DNA of 64,000 bases from a virus. Shown piece after piece: positions 56,901-64,000 of this stretch. The position numbers were made by a program, and so were the translations under genes. The number at the start of each line of letters is the position of its first letter. The first letter of the stretch is position 1. The notes beneath the pieces were generated by a model, which saw nothing but the letters and a program-made list of their open reading frames with translations, was not told the DNA's origin and made no database searches. The stretch is from positions 38,450 to 102,449 of the IMG/VR virus record IMGVR_UViG_3300050821_005690, one strand, 5' to 3'.

Positions 56901-59900
56901 TATGGATTTCAACCCGCGCGGCAAGGTGGCGCTCGCGGTCAACAACATTCACAAAATCTGGGAGGAAGGTAATCAGGACCCCGACGCTCCAAACAAGGGG
57001 CAGATGGTTTTCCTCGATCTCGGCGTGCCGAAGAAAGGCGGCGGCGCCGATCGATTTGACCTTTATCGCGATCTCAAGCAGCGCCTAGTCGAGAAAGGCA
57101 TTCCGGCAAAGGACATTGCGTTTATCCACGACGCGGACAGCGACGACAAAAAGGCCAAGCTGTTCGGGGCTGTGCGCAGCGGCAAGGTCAGAGTCTTGGT
57201 TGGCTCGACCGGCAAGATGGGTATGGGCACCAATGTCCAGGACCGCCTCATCGCTAAGCACGACATCGATGCGCCGTGGAAGCCTGCCGAGGTGGAGCAG
57301 CGCGACGGCCGCATCGAGCGCCAAGGCAATTTGAACGCGAACGTGCGGATCTACCGCTACGTGACCAAGCGCTCGTTCGACGCCTTCATGTGGCAGACCC
57401 TTGAGCGCAAGGCGAACATGCTCAACCAGTTCTTGAGCGGCGCCAAGGGCTCGCGAACCATGGAGGACGTGGGCGAGGTATTGCCGGAGGCGGCCGAGTT
57501 GAAGGCAGCCGCGAGCGGCGACCCGCGCATCATGGAGCATGCCGAGCTTGATCGGCGGGTGCGGCAACTGTCCTCGCAGCGGCGCTCGTTCGAGCAAACG
57601 CAGCAGCGCGCGACTTACGAGATCGGCGTGGGCAAAAGCCAACTCAAGCAGTATCAGGACCATTTGCCCGGCGCGCGCCTGGACGCCGACATGGTCAACG
57701 ACCTGTCCGGCAAGAACTTCCAGGTCGACCTCGGTGACCTGGGGCCATTCACCGAGCGCAAGGCCGCGGGCGATGCCATTCTAGATGCCCTGCGTAAGCT
57801 CGACTCGCGAAGTTACTACCGACCTGTCGTGCTCAACATGGGCCGCATGTCCGGGTTCGACATGCAGATGCAGGTGCAAACTCACTACGACCACAGCAGC
57901 GGCACGGTGCTCGTAGCCAACCCTTCACTGAAAGGCCCGTCCGGCGCCGGCTACATCGCCAGCGACTTTTATATCAATGAGCACACGGAAGGTCTCGCAG
58001 TAATCCGCCGCCTCGAAGGTGCGCTTGGCCGGGTCAAAGACGAGCCGTCGCGCATAGAAGGGCTCATCAAAAACCAGCAAAATGAAATCGAGCGGCTTCA
58101 GAAGACGTTGGGCGAGACGTGGCCGCGCGAGCAGGAGTACCGCGAGGCCTTGGCGAAGCTCGACGCTCTGACGAAGGCACTCAAGGCACCGAAGCATCCT
58201 GACGTCGCCGAGATGGAGCACGAGAACGCTTACGCCAAGCTCCAGGCCGAGGCGCTCGAAGCGCAGCACGAGTCGCCGATCTTTGACGAAGACAAGGAGT
58301 GGCTGTCTAAGCCCAAGCTGATCAAGGAGAAGGCGGAGAAGGTCGCTGAGACCGTCCGTGATATCCCGCGCCCGCGCGATGTGGTTGGCGTCAGCGACAT
58401 CACCAAGGTCGGGCCGCCGCACGACATGCAAAAGCATGCGGTGTTCGGCCTGCCGCTCAATCCCTTGAGCGCCCTGGAGCAACTCAAGGGGCATTCGTTC
58501 AACGTCAGTTATGCGACCAGGGCGAAGCTCGGGCGGCAGTTGGACGACGCCATCCGTCTTGTCGGCAAGGACAAGATGCTCCTACTCGACAACGGTGCCT
58601 TCTCATTGCACCGCCAGGGAAAAAGCACCCTCGAACCGGGCTACATGGAGGATTACGAGAAGTGGGCGGGCGGCATCATGGACCGCTCGCCGCAGGCTAT
58701 TGCTGTTGTGCCCGATGTGATCGGCGGGACCGAGCACCAGAATGCGCAGCTTGTCCGCGACTGGCTCGGCGGCAAGATCGACCCGGACCGCTCAATGGCG
58801 ATCTGGCACCTGCACGAGAGCATGGATTACCTGAAATACCTCGCTCAAAGCTTCAATCACATCGGGTTTGGAAGCTCCGGTCAGTTCTGGAAGGTAGGCA
58901 CACCCGAGTGGCACGCCCGCATCCAGGAAGCGCTCGACACGATCCAGAAGATGGAGGACGACGGCGAGATCACCCGTCCGCGCATTCACATGATGCGGGC
59001 CCAGTCGCAAGCGCACCTCTATCCGTTCGATAGCTCGGACTCGACCAACGTCGCGGTCAATCACAATCGCTTCCGCGAACTCTACCCCGGGCCGGACCAC
59101 GTCGGCCGCATGGCCGAGCGCATCAACGAGCGCATCCAGGGGAGCGCCACAGGCAAGGAAACTCCGCACCAAGAAGCCCGGCCGCTTGGCGAGACGCCGG
59201 AGCGCCCGGACTCTGATCTGTACGCCTTGGCACAGTGGTTCAACCACAATTACGAAGTGGTGAAGCGGCAGGGCGACCTGTTCGACCACATCAAAGAGAA
59301 CCGTCCGGCATGGGGGAAGGGCGCGCAAGAGCGCATCCCTACCGACTGGGAGACGGCGCAGCGGCGAGTGATCGGCCTACTTGATGAGAACGCTATCGAT
59401 CTCGGCCCCACTACTCGCGCCTATGTCAGCGAGAAGTGGAGTGCCAACGAGCGCAAGATTGCCGACGCCGTCCAGGCGATCGGCGACCGCATGGCGCCGC
59501 AATCCTCGATCTATGGCGCCAAGGCCTTGCACATGCACGGTTCGCCGATCTGGGGTGTGTTCGTCAACTCGAAGGCCTTCCCGCAGACCATCGCGTGGTC
59601 GCTGGAGCGCGCGGGCAAGCTCGGCGATGCAGTCGAGAGGGCGGGCCCGCTGGCGCGCGTCGCCACGACCGTCCGTCACGAGATTATCCACCACCTCAAG
59701 AACTCGGGGCTTATCCGCCCCGACGAATGGAAGGCCCTTGAGCAGGCTGCGAAGGAGGGCGATTGGCTCAAGAAGTACGACATCGAGGACCGCTACTCTC
59801 ATCTCAATGAAGCCGGCAAGCTGGAGGAAGCAATTGCCGATCATTTCGGGCAATGGGGGCAAGAGCGCGAAATCCTCAAGCAGATTAAGGACCCGATACA

Positions 59901-62900
59901 GCGACTGGTTCGGCAAGCGTACATGCGCATGGACCTGTTCTTCCGGCAGGTGGCGGCGGCGGCGCGCAAGTTCCTCGGCAAGGATGCGACCGCCAGCGAC
60001 GTGTTCTCGCGCATCGAGAGTGGCGAAGTCGGCAAGCGCACCTCAGAGCAGATCGAAGCGCAGAAGCGCTATATGGCGGAACACCCCGACGAGTTCGATG
60101 AGGGTGCTAAAGCCCAGACCCCTGGCGGCGAGGCGCGCGAGCGTCGTCAAGCGGCCCGCGCCGCCGGCGTGACGCCGCCGAGAGAAGGCGCCTTCGATCG
60201 CATCCTTCGCAATGAGACCGCCGACAAGCTTCGCGAGGCCACTGCCAAGCTCGCCGGGCAATTCGGCGTCGATAAGTTCGTTCGCGATGCGCAGGTGCGA
60301 TGGACGCCGATGGCCGCGCGCGATGCGACGGTCGAGTTCCGCTACGACATCAAGCAGTACATGAACGCGCGGCGGCAAGCCCGTGAGGACTGGAATCGCT
60401 TTGACAAGCGCCTCGAAAAGGAATTTTCGGACGAGCAGCGCAAGCGGATGTACGACGCCGCCGATGAGGAAAGCGTGGCTCTGCAACAGGGCCGCCCGAC
60501 AAATGGCATTGGCCTTTCTCGTCTGACGGGAAATGAGCGCGATGCTGTCAAAGCCCTACAAGATCGTTCCCAGCTTAATTGGGAAACAGCCAGACTGCTC
60601 AAGATCGTCAGGGGTGACGGCCTGCCGAGCTACGTCCCGCGCATGCTGGTGCGCGCAGTCGAAGGCATTTGGGGAAGGAAGTTCGAGAAGGGTGTCGGCC
60701 CCGGGGCCGAGGTGGTGCGCGACATCCGCACGCTGGCGCTCGCCAACGCCAAGCTCGAAGAGGCGATTGCGGGCAAGCAACTCGTCAATACGATCAAGGA
60801 GATCGGCGACCGCGCTGGCAATCCGCTGGTTAACGTCGGCGGCGCCCCGGTGCATCGGCCGGGCCCGGAGGCCATGGTCGGGCACGCGCTCGATCAGGCC
60901 TTCGGCCACGACTTCACGACCACGACGCCAAACCTGAAGCATCGCAAGTATCTCACCCGCGAAGAGACTGAGGCGGCGGCGAACCGCCTCGCGCCGCGTA
61001 CGGAAACGCCCGAGTGGACGTTCCTCAACCATCCGTCCCTGCAGGAATTGCGTCTAATGACGGTGGACCCGGAGGGCGACACCTATCGGAGCAACGTGAA
61101 GCGCGTGAGCGGCATGACCGTACCGAAGCGCATGACCGCACTGAAAGATCAGTACGGGGACGTTCACTGGGAAAAGGCGCCGATTTACTTCCGCAGAGAG
61201 CTAGAGGGGCCGCTGAAGGCGGCGATGCAAGCCGGCGGCGGGTTTGAACGTGCGTTGATGCAGCTAAAGGGCAAGATCATGAGCTACATCATGTTCTCGC
61301 CCCTGATCCACAATCAGATCGAGTGGGGCCGTGCGCTCCCGGCGGCGCCCGGGAAAGTGCTGACGTTCCAGGTTTACTTGGAAGGCAATCGCATCGCCAA
61401 CGATCCGGCGCAGATGCGCTTGGCCATCTCCGGTGGCGTCGTTCCGATCGGCGGTCACGGCTTCATGCAGGACGTGTCCTCGATTGCGGAAGCCCCGACC
61501 ATGCGGGCGGGCAAGTCGATCGAGGCAAAGACGCTCGGTTACGGCGCAGCCGCCATTGGCCATCTGACCAGACTCTACGACCCGGCCACGGGCATGAACG
61601 AGGTGCGCAAGGCGACCGACTGGTTCGGCAATATGTGGAACAACGTCTTCCTCTGGGATCGGGTTCGCGATCTGCAGATGGGGCTTTGGAGCTACATCAA
61701 AGACGACATGATCGCGAAGGGCTATCACGCCATTGCGGCGAACGTGGCCGCTGCGCATTTTGCCAACCGATACGCCGGTGCGCTCCCGCTGGAAGCCATG
61801 TCGGGGTTTGCGCGCGGGGTCGCCAACGTGGCGTTGTTCTCGCGCTCCTTCACGCTCGGCAACGTGGGGGCGATCAAGGATGCGGTGGTTGGTCTGCCGC
61901 GCGATGCCCAGGCTTTGATTCAGCACCAGCTTGGGTGGGAGGAACTGGCGAAGACGCAGAGCTATGTGAAGCGCAAGTCGCGCGTGATGCTGGCGATGGA
62001 TGCGGGGCTTTATTTCGCCACCCTCTCGCTCATGCAGAGTGCGTTCCATGTTGCCGGTCCCGGCCACACCATGATGACGCTCGCTGGCACAATTGCTGGT
62101 GGCGCGCTCGGCGGTCGTGCTGGTCCGTACGGCCGCCTTGCGGCGGCGGCGGCATTGGGCGCGGGCGGCTTCGGCCTTGCCAGCGTGCTCGGTGCTGGTC
62201 CTGGCACGCGCAAGCTTGAGGATGAGCTTCAAGGCTACTGGGATCGCCTCGGTGATCTGGCGGCCAAGGTCTATGAACACCCGGTGCAGGCGGTTGCGAA
62301 TCCCTTCTTCCAGTACAAGGCCCTGATGGGCCTGTCGGCGACCTCGGAGAACGAGCCCGGCAAGGAGTGGCGCATCCTTTGGGGATACGACAAGGACGGC
62401 AGAGCCCAATACATACGCCTGCCTGTGGGCAAGGTGACCGAAGAGCTTATGAGTTGGGGCATCGAGCCGCTTGATTTGCTCCACCGCAAGCTGAGCACGT
62501 TCCTGAAGCCAATTACGCAAATCTGGGATAATAACGCCGGGTTCAATCAGAAGGTCTACGATAAGAACGCGGAGGGCGCGGTTGAAAATGCGGAGGTCCT
62601 CGCCAAGATCGCGGGGCTCATAATCTCAGAGCAAATGCCGTGGGACGTTCTGAAGACCGGCGCGGAGGCGGTGGGTAGTGGCCCGACAGCCGACACCGCG
62701 CGCGGGAAGCTTGTCGGGCAGGCGACCGGGTTTACCTTCAGTCAGGGGCACCCCGAGGGCCCGGAGGCTGGTGTTCTGGCGCATGCGCGCGAGCGATACG
62801 AGTACCGCAAGCAGCAAGCGTTGCCCGAAATTCGCAAGCTGATCCGTGACGGTAAGGTGGACGATGCGTACAAGCTCATGGACAACATCCACATCCCGCC

Positions 62901-64000
62901 TGGGCTGCAAAAATACTACGTCTTCACCACGGAGAATCCGAAGGCGGGCCTTTCCAACCGGATGCTCCGCGACTTCATGCAGTACGCCTCGCCGGAGGAA
63001 ATCGAGCAATTCCAGCGGGCGCAAGAGCGGGCTGCGGCTGAGACCCCGCAGGCCGAACCGACGGCCGGCCATGCCGACGGCGGCGCGGTCGAGGATGCGG
63101 ACCTGGGCGATGCGCCGACGCCAAAGCCGGGGCAGATTATCCCCACGCGCGACGATATAAGGTCCGCGCCGTCCAAGGTCGCACACAGCCTCGGCGAGGT
63201 GACCGGCGTCAACGATGCTGTGAAGGCCGCACGCGGGGAGATGACCCCGGAAGAGGAAAAGAAGTTTGCTCTCACGGCGGCGGCGGGTCTGCTTCCTGGT
63301 GGACGCGGCCTCGGGTCCGCCGCTTCGCTGGCGCGGATGATCGGCCGGAGGGCCTTCGGCACAGAGCTTCACTTCGAGCGCGCGCGCGGCGGCCGGGTTG
63401 TCCCGCCCGGCCTATCCGCTGAGTACGCCGATAACCTCGGGCGCTGGGGCATTTTCAGCAAGAGCGGTGAACTGCTATCGAGCGGCCCGACGCGCAATCA
63501 GGCGATCGAGGCCCTGGTGCATCGACGCGCGAGCGGCGGTCGCGTCGATGCACGGAACATCAACCATAATCCGTCAGAGGCGCAAAAACGTAGTGGCAAC
63601 TACGCCAAGGACCATCTGCATTGGAACGGCCTGCCGCTGACCATCGAGAACGCCAGGGGCTCGGTCCGCCGCGGCGTTGGCAGAGACGGCAAGCCGTGGG
63701 CCGTCCGCATGCCGGCGCACTATGGCGATGTGGCGGGTACGAAGGGCAAGGACGGCGATAAAGTTGACTTCTACCTGGGGCCGCACACCAAGGCGCCCAT
63801 AGTGTACGTGGTGGATCAGAAGGATCACGAGACCGGCCGTTTCGATGAGCACAAGGCCATGGGCGGCTTCGCCAGCAAGCTCCATGCGCAGCGGACCTAC
63901 GAACAGGCGTTCTCGGACGGCAAGGGCAAGCACCGCATCCACGCCATCACGGCCGCGCCAGTCGCGGCGTTCAAGCGCTGGCTGGACGAAGGCGACACCA
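47956..64000 (+). CDS. giant DarB-like polyvalent virion protein (>5,300 aa, runs off window)
   Basis: frame 1 open to the end (no terminated frame-1 ORF in the track); VDGHHRL 49594; GPGGAGKST 50074; VESGNGR 50938; EPSVGIG 53683 and NVPF 53878; HAVGSGKT 55777, DEAH 56272, QRDGRIERQGN 57298; LDNGAFS 58585; HEIIH 59677; InPase-like GNYAK...HYG...DGD.VD from ~63560. Confidence 0.92.
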   Translation, partial: MAEPASNPADEEEVWTKTPAGGETSAPVSAAPAAEPAEEEVWTKTPSWRGYPQVIGSGVAQGAITSVGGAMQGAAELRHPDSENFYTRALKVIDRVDRGESVPEDEDIIGYQKLVKSDGSPDVEHRKQVRSDAMTSAGIAKSPEAPAAYDPRETWLYKTGKEVSEYGERKFPMSQEEKESYTGRISSGLGAIAPLVVAGAVAGPEVAMGLGAAQMGLGAAHETAEEARAKGASPEAVWDAAATSFGVNAALGAVKFDAALRPINRLAPGIYDWARARLLHAMQSGAIFTTIGEAQEWIGKEIANKFYDDKAGYSFDIKRVLSSLGVGAIVGQLHPTKYEAKPGEEKPAAETPGAETPPAKGGETFEDMMGPRPGPPPPPARDDVLDVARANGITPEAFEALAPEVQRNLIRDFKGDTSILPEQDEHRPGVPGGLSDPSIFAPQASPTGPSDFLRERGLTYEQLASADTKYLKVLQDEWAATHPDEPLLNIETFKPSDIQADPQRFQFRTDQIDAASGVTAKKLRPGGFNQTFPMVVWRDLAGKDFIVDGHHRLNVTKQMEAAGEPITVQAIVLREQDGVTPQMAKDFGERRNDYRDATAGARRIPGLNATPQEIAELQNAIGQKAHPEEIEKLPIVQRAYALGNAQKPVQDQPGYGSPEYRANRVFNFNGERVVGWDNAVDRLEQRARSFSTDGPVANERRAWIVMGPGGAGKSTAVMDSLARRTRSAIVDADEAKPTMPEYAGGLGAGAVHEESTDLTYGPHGVLPRIIQNGANFVVGKIGHKASSIRELRDALKAEGYKVSLINVDIEPQEAFRRRMGRFLRTGRINSTGFHGDTSSAKGVVTTKNYHILKGEGFDGSLTIDNNRPERPWEGSEELAREIGLQQPRSPRRAGYQEDAGGHTLQGETVPNLRPHRVVAADGTSIDVVPIVVEASQLRTSKDPGYNQALQPRQRDRAAAEAQERYIAANLDPELLGHSAEADRGAPIVGPDDPDVESGNGRVEAIRLAYGQERNGQPSTAQIYRNWLTQQGVDVSRYREPILVRKRITPMTLEQRRAFTVAANKDTKLSMSMPERALVDARNLGTDALALIHNPDDLGAAINRPFFRRFVASLPQAEQGGMADAKGNLSAEGLARLRNAILAKAYGDAGLLARVTESTNDEVKSISNALTAAAPQWARLRAAVADGRVRPDMDATPQLIEAISRTAELRSKGIKLHDYLAQLDAFDRPEPEVEDFMLAFYHPVTRRAASSSRIADELRFFAQEAAKVSSEKGLDLGLAPVDREQLSKLMLAKAREEYENELPDRDGTRAGARDEEDGREVRGLRPGTEGQLPSQRSPLGFEEEAIRAQQPTADELRALRRPERRLNARDPSPWEIRNSYKNKANTALAHKIFPFLTHISYDRFAAHRWVLKLIDFNPSNGEEVARGLVNHGYMAEGAAAKYRNSPADQRRYDAVYKAFADWKAKQEAGLFGGEKAQVPLRREDAYSENQKLVYGLKPGGVVVHDALELAVTRLPGASDKYHVEGFKTPFAASGAIAKLTDLQMQRGVRSPTESTVLKGPNAPAVEPGAEGKPQTVIPGAERISTAELLRRRAAEPLRATQPQAIPGGLFGNLLGQTDLLDAIRKEPRARKVFGHETLIDQALRKVPLTSGENLPNLFGEVEDAGQRPRPDRGKVRPGAQALPGAAQPKRPTRAKRPGQLSLFGGEGGGGEARPPDVALPPGQGPTEAIGPEEGTGVTKPPVRGGGSDQARPDLPTPAGGARPPVRVKPSIRQGQQEAEQKIAERSRSNYRITDEDAIGEGGPKQKVRQNIEAIRLLKQIEDEGREATPGEKAILVKYTGWGHVAQDMFATTGNREAWEGERAQLRALLTDEELEAAQASTPNAHFTSPDVIRGMWDAMDHLGFEGGNTIEPSVGIGHFIGLIPDKMAPKTAWTAVELDPISARITKALYAGTEVNAHGFEDLKRPANYYDLAISNVPFGKYNLREKPYGSFPIHNFFFVKSLDKVRPGGIVAFITSRYSMDAPEHTEFRRLLAKTSDLVGAIRLPGGKEGAFADNAGTQVTTDLLFLRKKIPGQDFASGHKWDGLKDIETPEGPTKINEYYVANPHMMLGDMRLIGSQYGPNEPVLIGDPNGLREKIAEAVAKNTPAGAMTPRTEATTVENIPAGDIDAGIKDGAFFLQNGKLHQRVAGLGVPRDVLPADHARIERLIGLRDLYNGLLGAQLGGEGDREALRKQLREAYDDFVKEHGPINKEVRTVTKRLTQAGEPVVITRTPNLRTFKEDPDAWKVASLEHYDAEKDTAKRSDIQTRDVIAPPREREIRGPSDALAASLNDTGGIDLDHVANSLNVDSHDAAISALGNLIFHDPNGRQWKTADEYLSGNVVEKLEEARSIAQSDPSFQRNVKALEKVQPKPVTGSQIYAGFGATWIPGEVYESFLEDHLGASDVHVQQIPITGEWRVEGDTFARDARIKYIPKDQNGISRANVREMVSAALNGRTITIRDKIKNPDGSTSERVNTAATQDASNKLEALKEAFTGNPQEGIDDWWSKDDERRQRMEGIFNRTHNNLAPREFDGSHLELPGLNPMFAERKHRLDAIWRIIQRGNTLLGHAVGSGKTVTMIAAGMEQKRLGLINKPAYVVPNHMLEQFSREFLQAYPNAKILVASKEETSADHRKAFLAKVASNDWDGVVITHDAFGRINMGQEYRRQFIRDQIGEAIRVIQAEKAESGAKSPTVKRLEAAKKRLEEKLQKLLNEERKDEGTSFEESGIDHLFVDEAHLFKNLHFFTRLGGIKGLATSEAQRSEDLFLKIRYLEQKRPGRSAVFASGTPISNTMAEAWTMMRYLQLDNLRERGLSNFDDWARTFGRISKKMETSPDGRTLQEVASMSFGNVPELGALWNEVADTKTADMLKLPRPDVVRENGEKGVTTVEAEPSRQEEAAIQALVAEAEHMRAHPKRPEPGDRIMLNIVTDGRKVATDGRLLGDMDFNPRGKVALAVNNIHKIWEEGNQDPDAPNKGQMVFLDLGVPKKGGGADRFDLYRDLKQRLVEKGIPAKDIAFIHDADSDDKKAKLFGAVRSGKVRVLVGSTGKMGMGTNVQDRLIAKHDIDAPWKPAEVEQRDGRIERQGNLNANVRIYRYVTKRSFDAFMWQTLERKANMLNQFLSGAKGSRTMEDVGEVLPEAAELKAAASGDPRIMEHAELDRRVRQLSSQRRSFEQTQQRATYEIGVGKSQLKQYQDHLPGARLDADMVNDLSGKNFQVDLGDLGPFTERKAAGDAILDALRKLDSRSYYRPVVLNMGRMSGFDMQMQVQTHYDHSSGTVLVANPSLKGPSGAGYIASDFYINEHTEGLAVIRRLEGALGRVKDEPSRIEGLIKNQQNEIERLQKTLGETWPREQEYREALAKLDALTKALKAPKHPDVAEMEHENAYAKLQAEALEAQHESPIFDEDKEWLSKPKLIKEKAEKVAETVRDIPRPRDVVGVSDITKVGPPHDMQKHAVFGLPLNPLSALEQLKGHSFNVSYATRAKLGRQLDDAIRLVGKDKMLLLDNGAFSLHRQGKSTLEPGYMEDYEKWAGGIMDRSPQAIAVVPDVIGGTEHQNAQLVRDWLGGKIDPDRSMAIWHLHESMDYLKYLAQSFNHIGFGSSGQFWKVGTPEWHARIQEALDTIQKMEDDGEITRPRIHMMRAQSQAHLYPFDSSDSTNVAVNHNRFRELYPGPDHVGRMAERINERIQGSATGKETPHQEARPLGETPERPDSDLYALAQWFNHNYEVVKRQGDLFDHIKENRPAWGKGAQERIPTDWETAQRRVIGLLDENAIDLGPTTRAYVSEKWSANERKIADAVQAIGDRMAPQSSIYGAKALHMHGSPIWGVFVNSKAFPQTIAWSLERAGKLGDAVERAGPLARVATTVRHEIIHHLKNSGLIRPDEWKALEQAAKEGDWLKKYDIEDRYSHLNEAGKLEEAIADHFGQWGQEREILKQIKDPIQRLVRQAYMRMDLFFRQVAAAARKFLGKDATASDVFSRIESGEVGKRTSEQIEAQKRYMAEHPDEFDEGAKAQTPGGEARERRQAARAAGVTPPREGAFDRILRNETADKLREATAKLAGQFGVDKFVRDAQVRWTPMAARDATVEFRYDIKQYMNARRQAREDWNRFDKRLEKEFSDEQRKRMYDAADEESVALQQGRPTNGIGLSRLTGNERDAVKALQDRSQLNWETARLLKIVRGDGLPSYVPRMLVRAVEGIWGRKFEKGVGPGAEVVRDIRTLALANAKLEEAIAGKQLVNTIKEIGDRAGNPLVNVGGAPVHRPGPEAMVGHALDQAFGHDFTTTTPNLKHRKYLTREETEAAANRLAPRTETPEWTFLNHPSLQELRLMTVDPEGDTYRSNVKRVSGMTVPKRMTALKDQYGDVHWEKAPIYFRRELEGPLKAAMQAGGGFERALMQLKGKIMSYIMFSPLIHNQIEWGRALPAAPGKVLTFQVYLEGNRIANDPAQMRLAISGGVVPIGGHGFMQDVSSIAEAPTMRAGKSIEAKTLGYGAAAIGHLTRLYDPATGMNEVRKATDWFGNMWNNVFLWDRVRDLQMGLWSYIKDDMIAKGYHAIAANVAAAHFANRYAGALPLEAMSGFARGVANVALFSRSFTLGNVGAIKDAVVGLPRDAQALIQHQLGWEELAKTQSYVKRKSRVMLAMDAGLYFATLSLMQSAFHVAGPGHTMMTLAGTIAGGALGGRAGPYGRLAAAAALGAGGFGLASVLGAGPGTRKLEDELQGYWDRLGDLAAKVYEHPVQAVANPFFQYKALMGLSATSENEPGKEWRILWGYDKDGRAQYIRLPVGKVTEELMSWGIEPLDLLHRKLSTFLKPITQIWDNNAGFNQKVYDKNAEGAVENAEVLAKIAGLIISEQMPWDVLKTGAEAVGSGPTADTARGKLVGQATGFTFSQGHPEGPEAGVLAHARERYEYRKQQALPEIRKLIRDGKVDDAYKLMDNIHIPPGLQKYYVFTTENPKAGLSNRMLRDFMQYASPEEIEQFQRAQERAAAETPQAEPTAGHADGGAVEDADLGDAPTPKPGQIIPTRDDIRSAPSKVAHSLGEVTGVNDAVKAARGEMTPEEEKKFALTAAAGLLPGGRGLGSAASLARMIGRRAFGTELHFERARGGRVVPPGLSAEYADNLGRWGIFSKSGELLSSGPTRNQAIEALVHRRASGGRVDARNINHNPSEAQKRSGNYAKDHLHWNGLPLTIENARGSVRRGVGRDGKPWAVRMPAHYGDVAGTKGKDGDKVDFYLGPHTKAPIVYVVDQKDHETGRFDEHKAMGGFASKLHAQRTYEQAFSDGKGKHRIHAITAAPVAAFKRWLDEGDT
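50528..50707 (+). CDS. nested +1-frame ORF (59 aa) overlapping the end of the zeta-like domain
   Basis: AAGGGAGAAGG before ATG; AT-rich CATATATT upstream. Confidence 0.45.
   Translation: MAHSRLTTIAPSALGKGPKNSPEKLDYNSHEAQDERDTKKMLAGIRSKAKRFPTSDRTE
51851..52051 (+). CDS. nested +1-frame ORF (66 aa) after the ddrB-ParB domain
   Basis: GGGAGG 9 nt before ATG; host frame is linker-like here. Confidence 0.5.
   Translation: MSYPTAMALVQARAMKRMAAKYADLDLGRRANYLHKEALLALKKRQSALSNPRPTNSAPSEGQRGG
52940..53254 (+). CDS. nested +1-frame TnpV-like protein (104 aa)
   Basis: ccTTGACG at 52894, GGAGAGG RBS, GC-rich third positions; HKRFLEQHNP...YL..V...A.ERL..L...EEVI..DLIF resembles TnpV. Confidence 0.65.
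   Translation: MLDKDLDLTEERFALEHKRFLEQHNPSVLRGQSDPDSYLSSVGRAAGERLDHLMSHYLRDKDLQKLSAPKRALALQSRQFEVEEVIRHDLIFQPLPEGHDRPYE

Noticed and set aside
53333-63640. Other +1/+2-frame ORFs within the giant gene
   Set aside because: Arg/Ser/Pro-rich off-frame translations overlapping conserved domains, without convincing RBS or codon shift
22700-63950. Many long minus-strand ORFs (e.g. 23118-24086, 41260-42723, 61264-62520)
   Set aside because: Antisense shadows of GC-biased plus-strand genes; no recognisable motifs
1-64000. tRNA, integrase, reverse transcriptase/DGR, lysis or replication genes
   Set aside because: None recognised by eye; they may lie outside the window, so lifestyle cannot be determined

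Overview
The window is a 64-kb segment of a GC-rich tailed dsDNA phage (or prophage) genome with P22-like podovirus morphogenesis genes; promoter style and twin-arginine leaders suggest an alphaproteobacterial host (inference). 1-19.4 kb: dense small hypothetical genes around a symmetric divergent promoter pair (9.13-9.20 kb), with an HNH nuclease, a probable small terminase, a DUF2829/Tad2-like gene and a candidate structured RNA. 19.5-47.8 kb: terminase large subunit, KTSC protein, portal, a fibre/decoration block with an ~18-repeat protein, GroES-like co-chaperonin, scaffold-like protein, head-tail adaptor, collar fibre, tail nozzle, GNAT and an ejection protein with a cell-wall hydrolase. 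47,956 to the window end: one unterminated ORF of >5,300 codons, absent from the supplied ORF track. It is a DarB-like polyvalent protein with ParB-like, zeta-like kinase, ddrB-ParB, N6-methyltransferase, SNF2 helicase, TGT/DpdA-like barrel, HExxH peptidase and InPase domains. Most notable observations: (i) small genes that look like cut-down fragments of virion proteins (tail nozzle, major capsid, possibly portal), some behind twin-arginine leaders, a candidate decoy system; (ii) no full-length major capsid gene at its expected locus; (iii) three RBS-led genes overprinted in the +1 frame of the giant ORF; (iv) a base-exchange (TGT-like) domain in a probably injected protein; (v) a recurring xxxGGxV peptide shared by virion proteins. 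All family assignments come from motif recognition by eye, not database searches.
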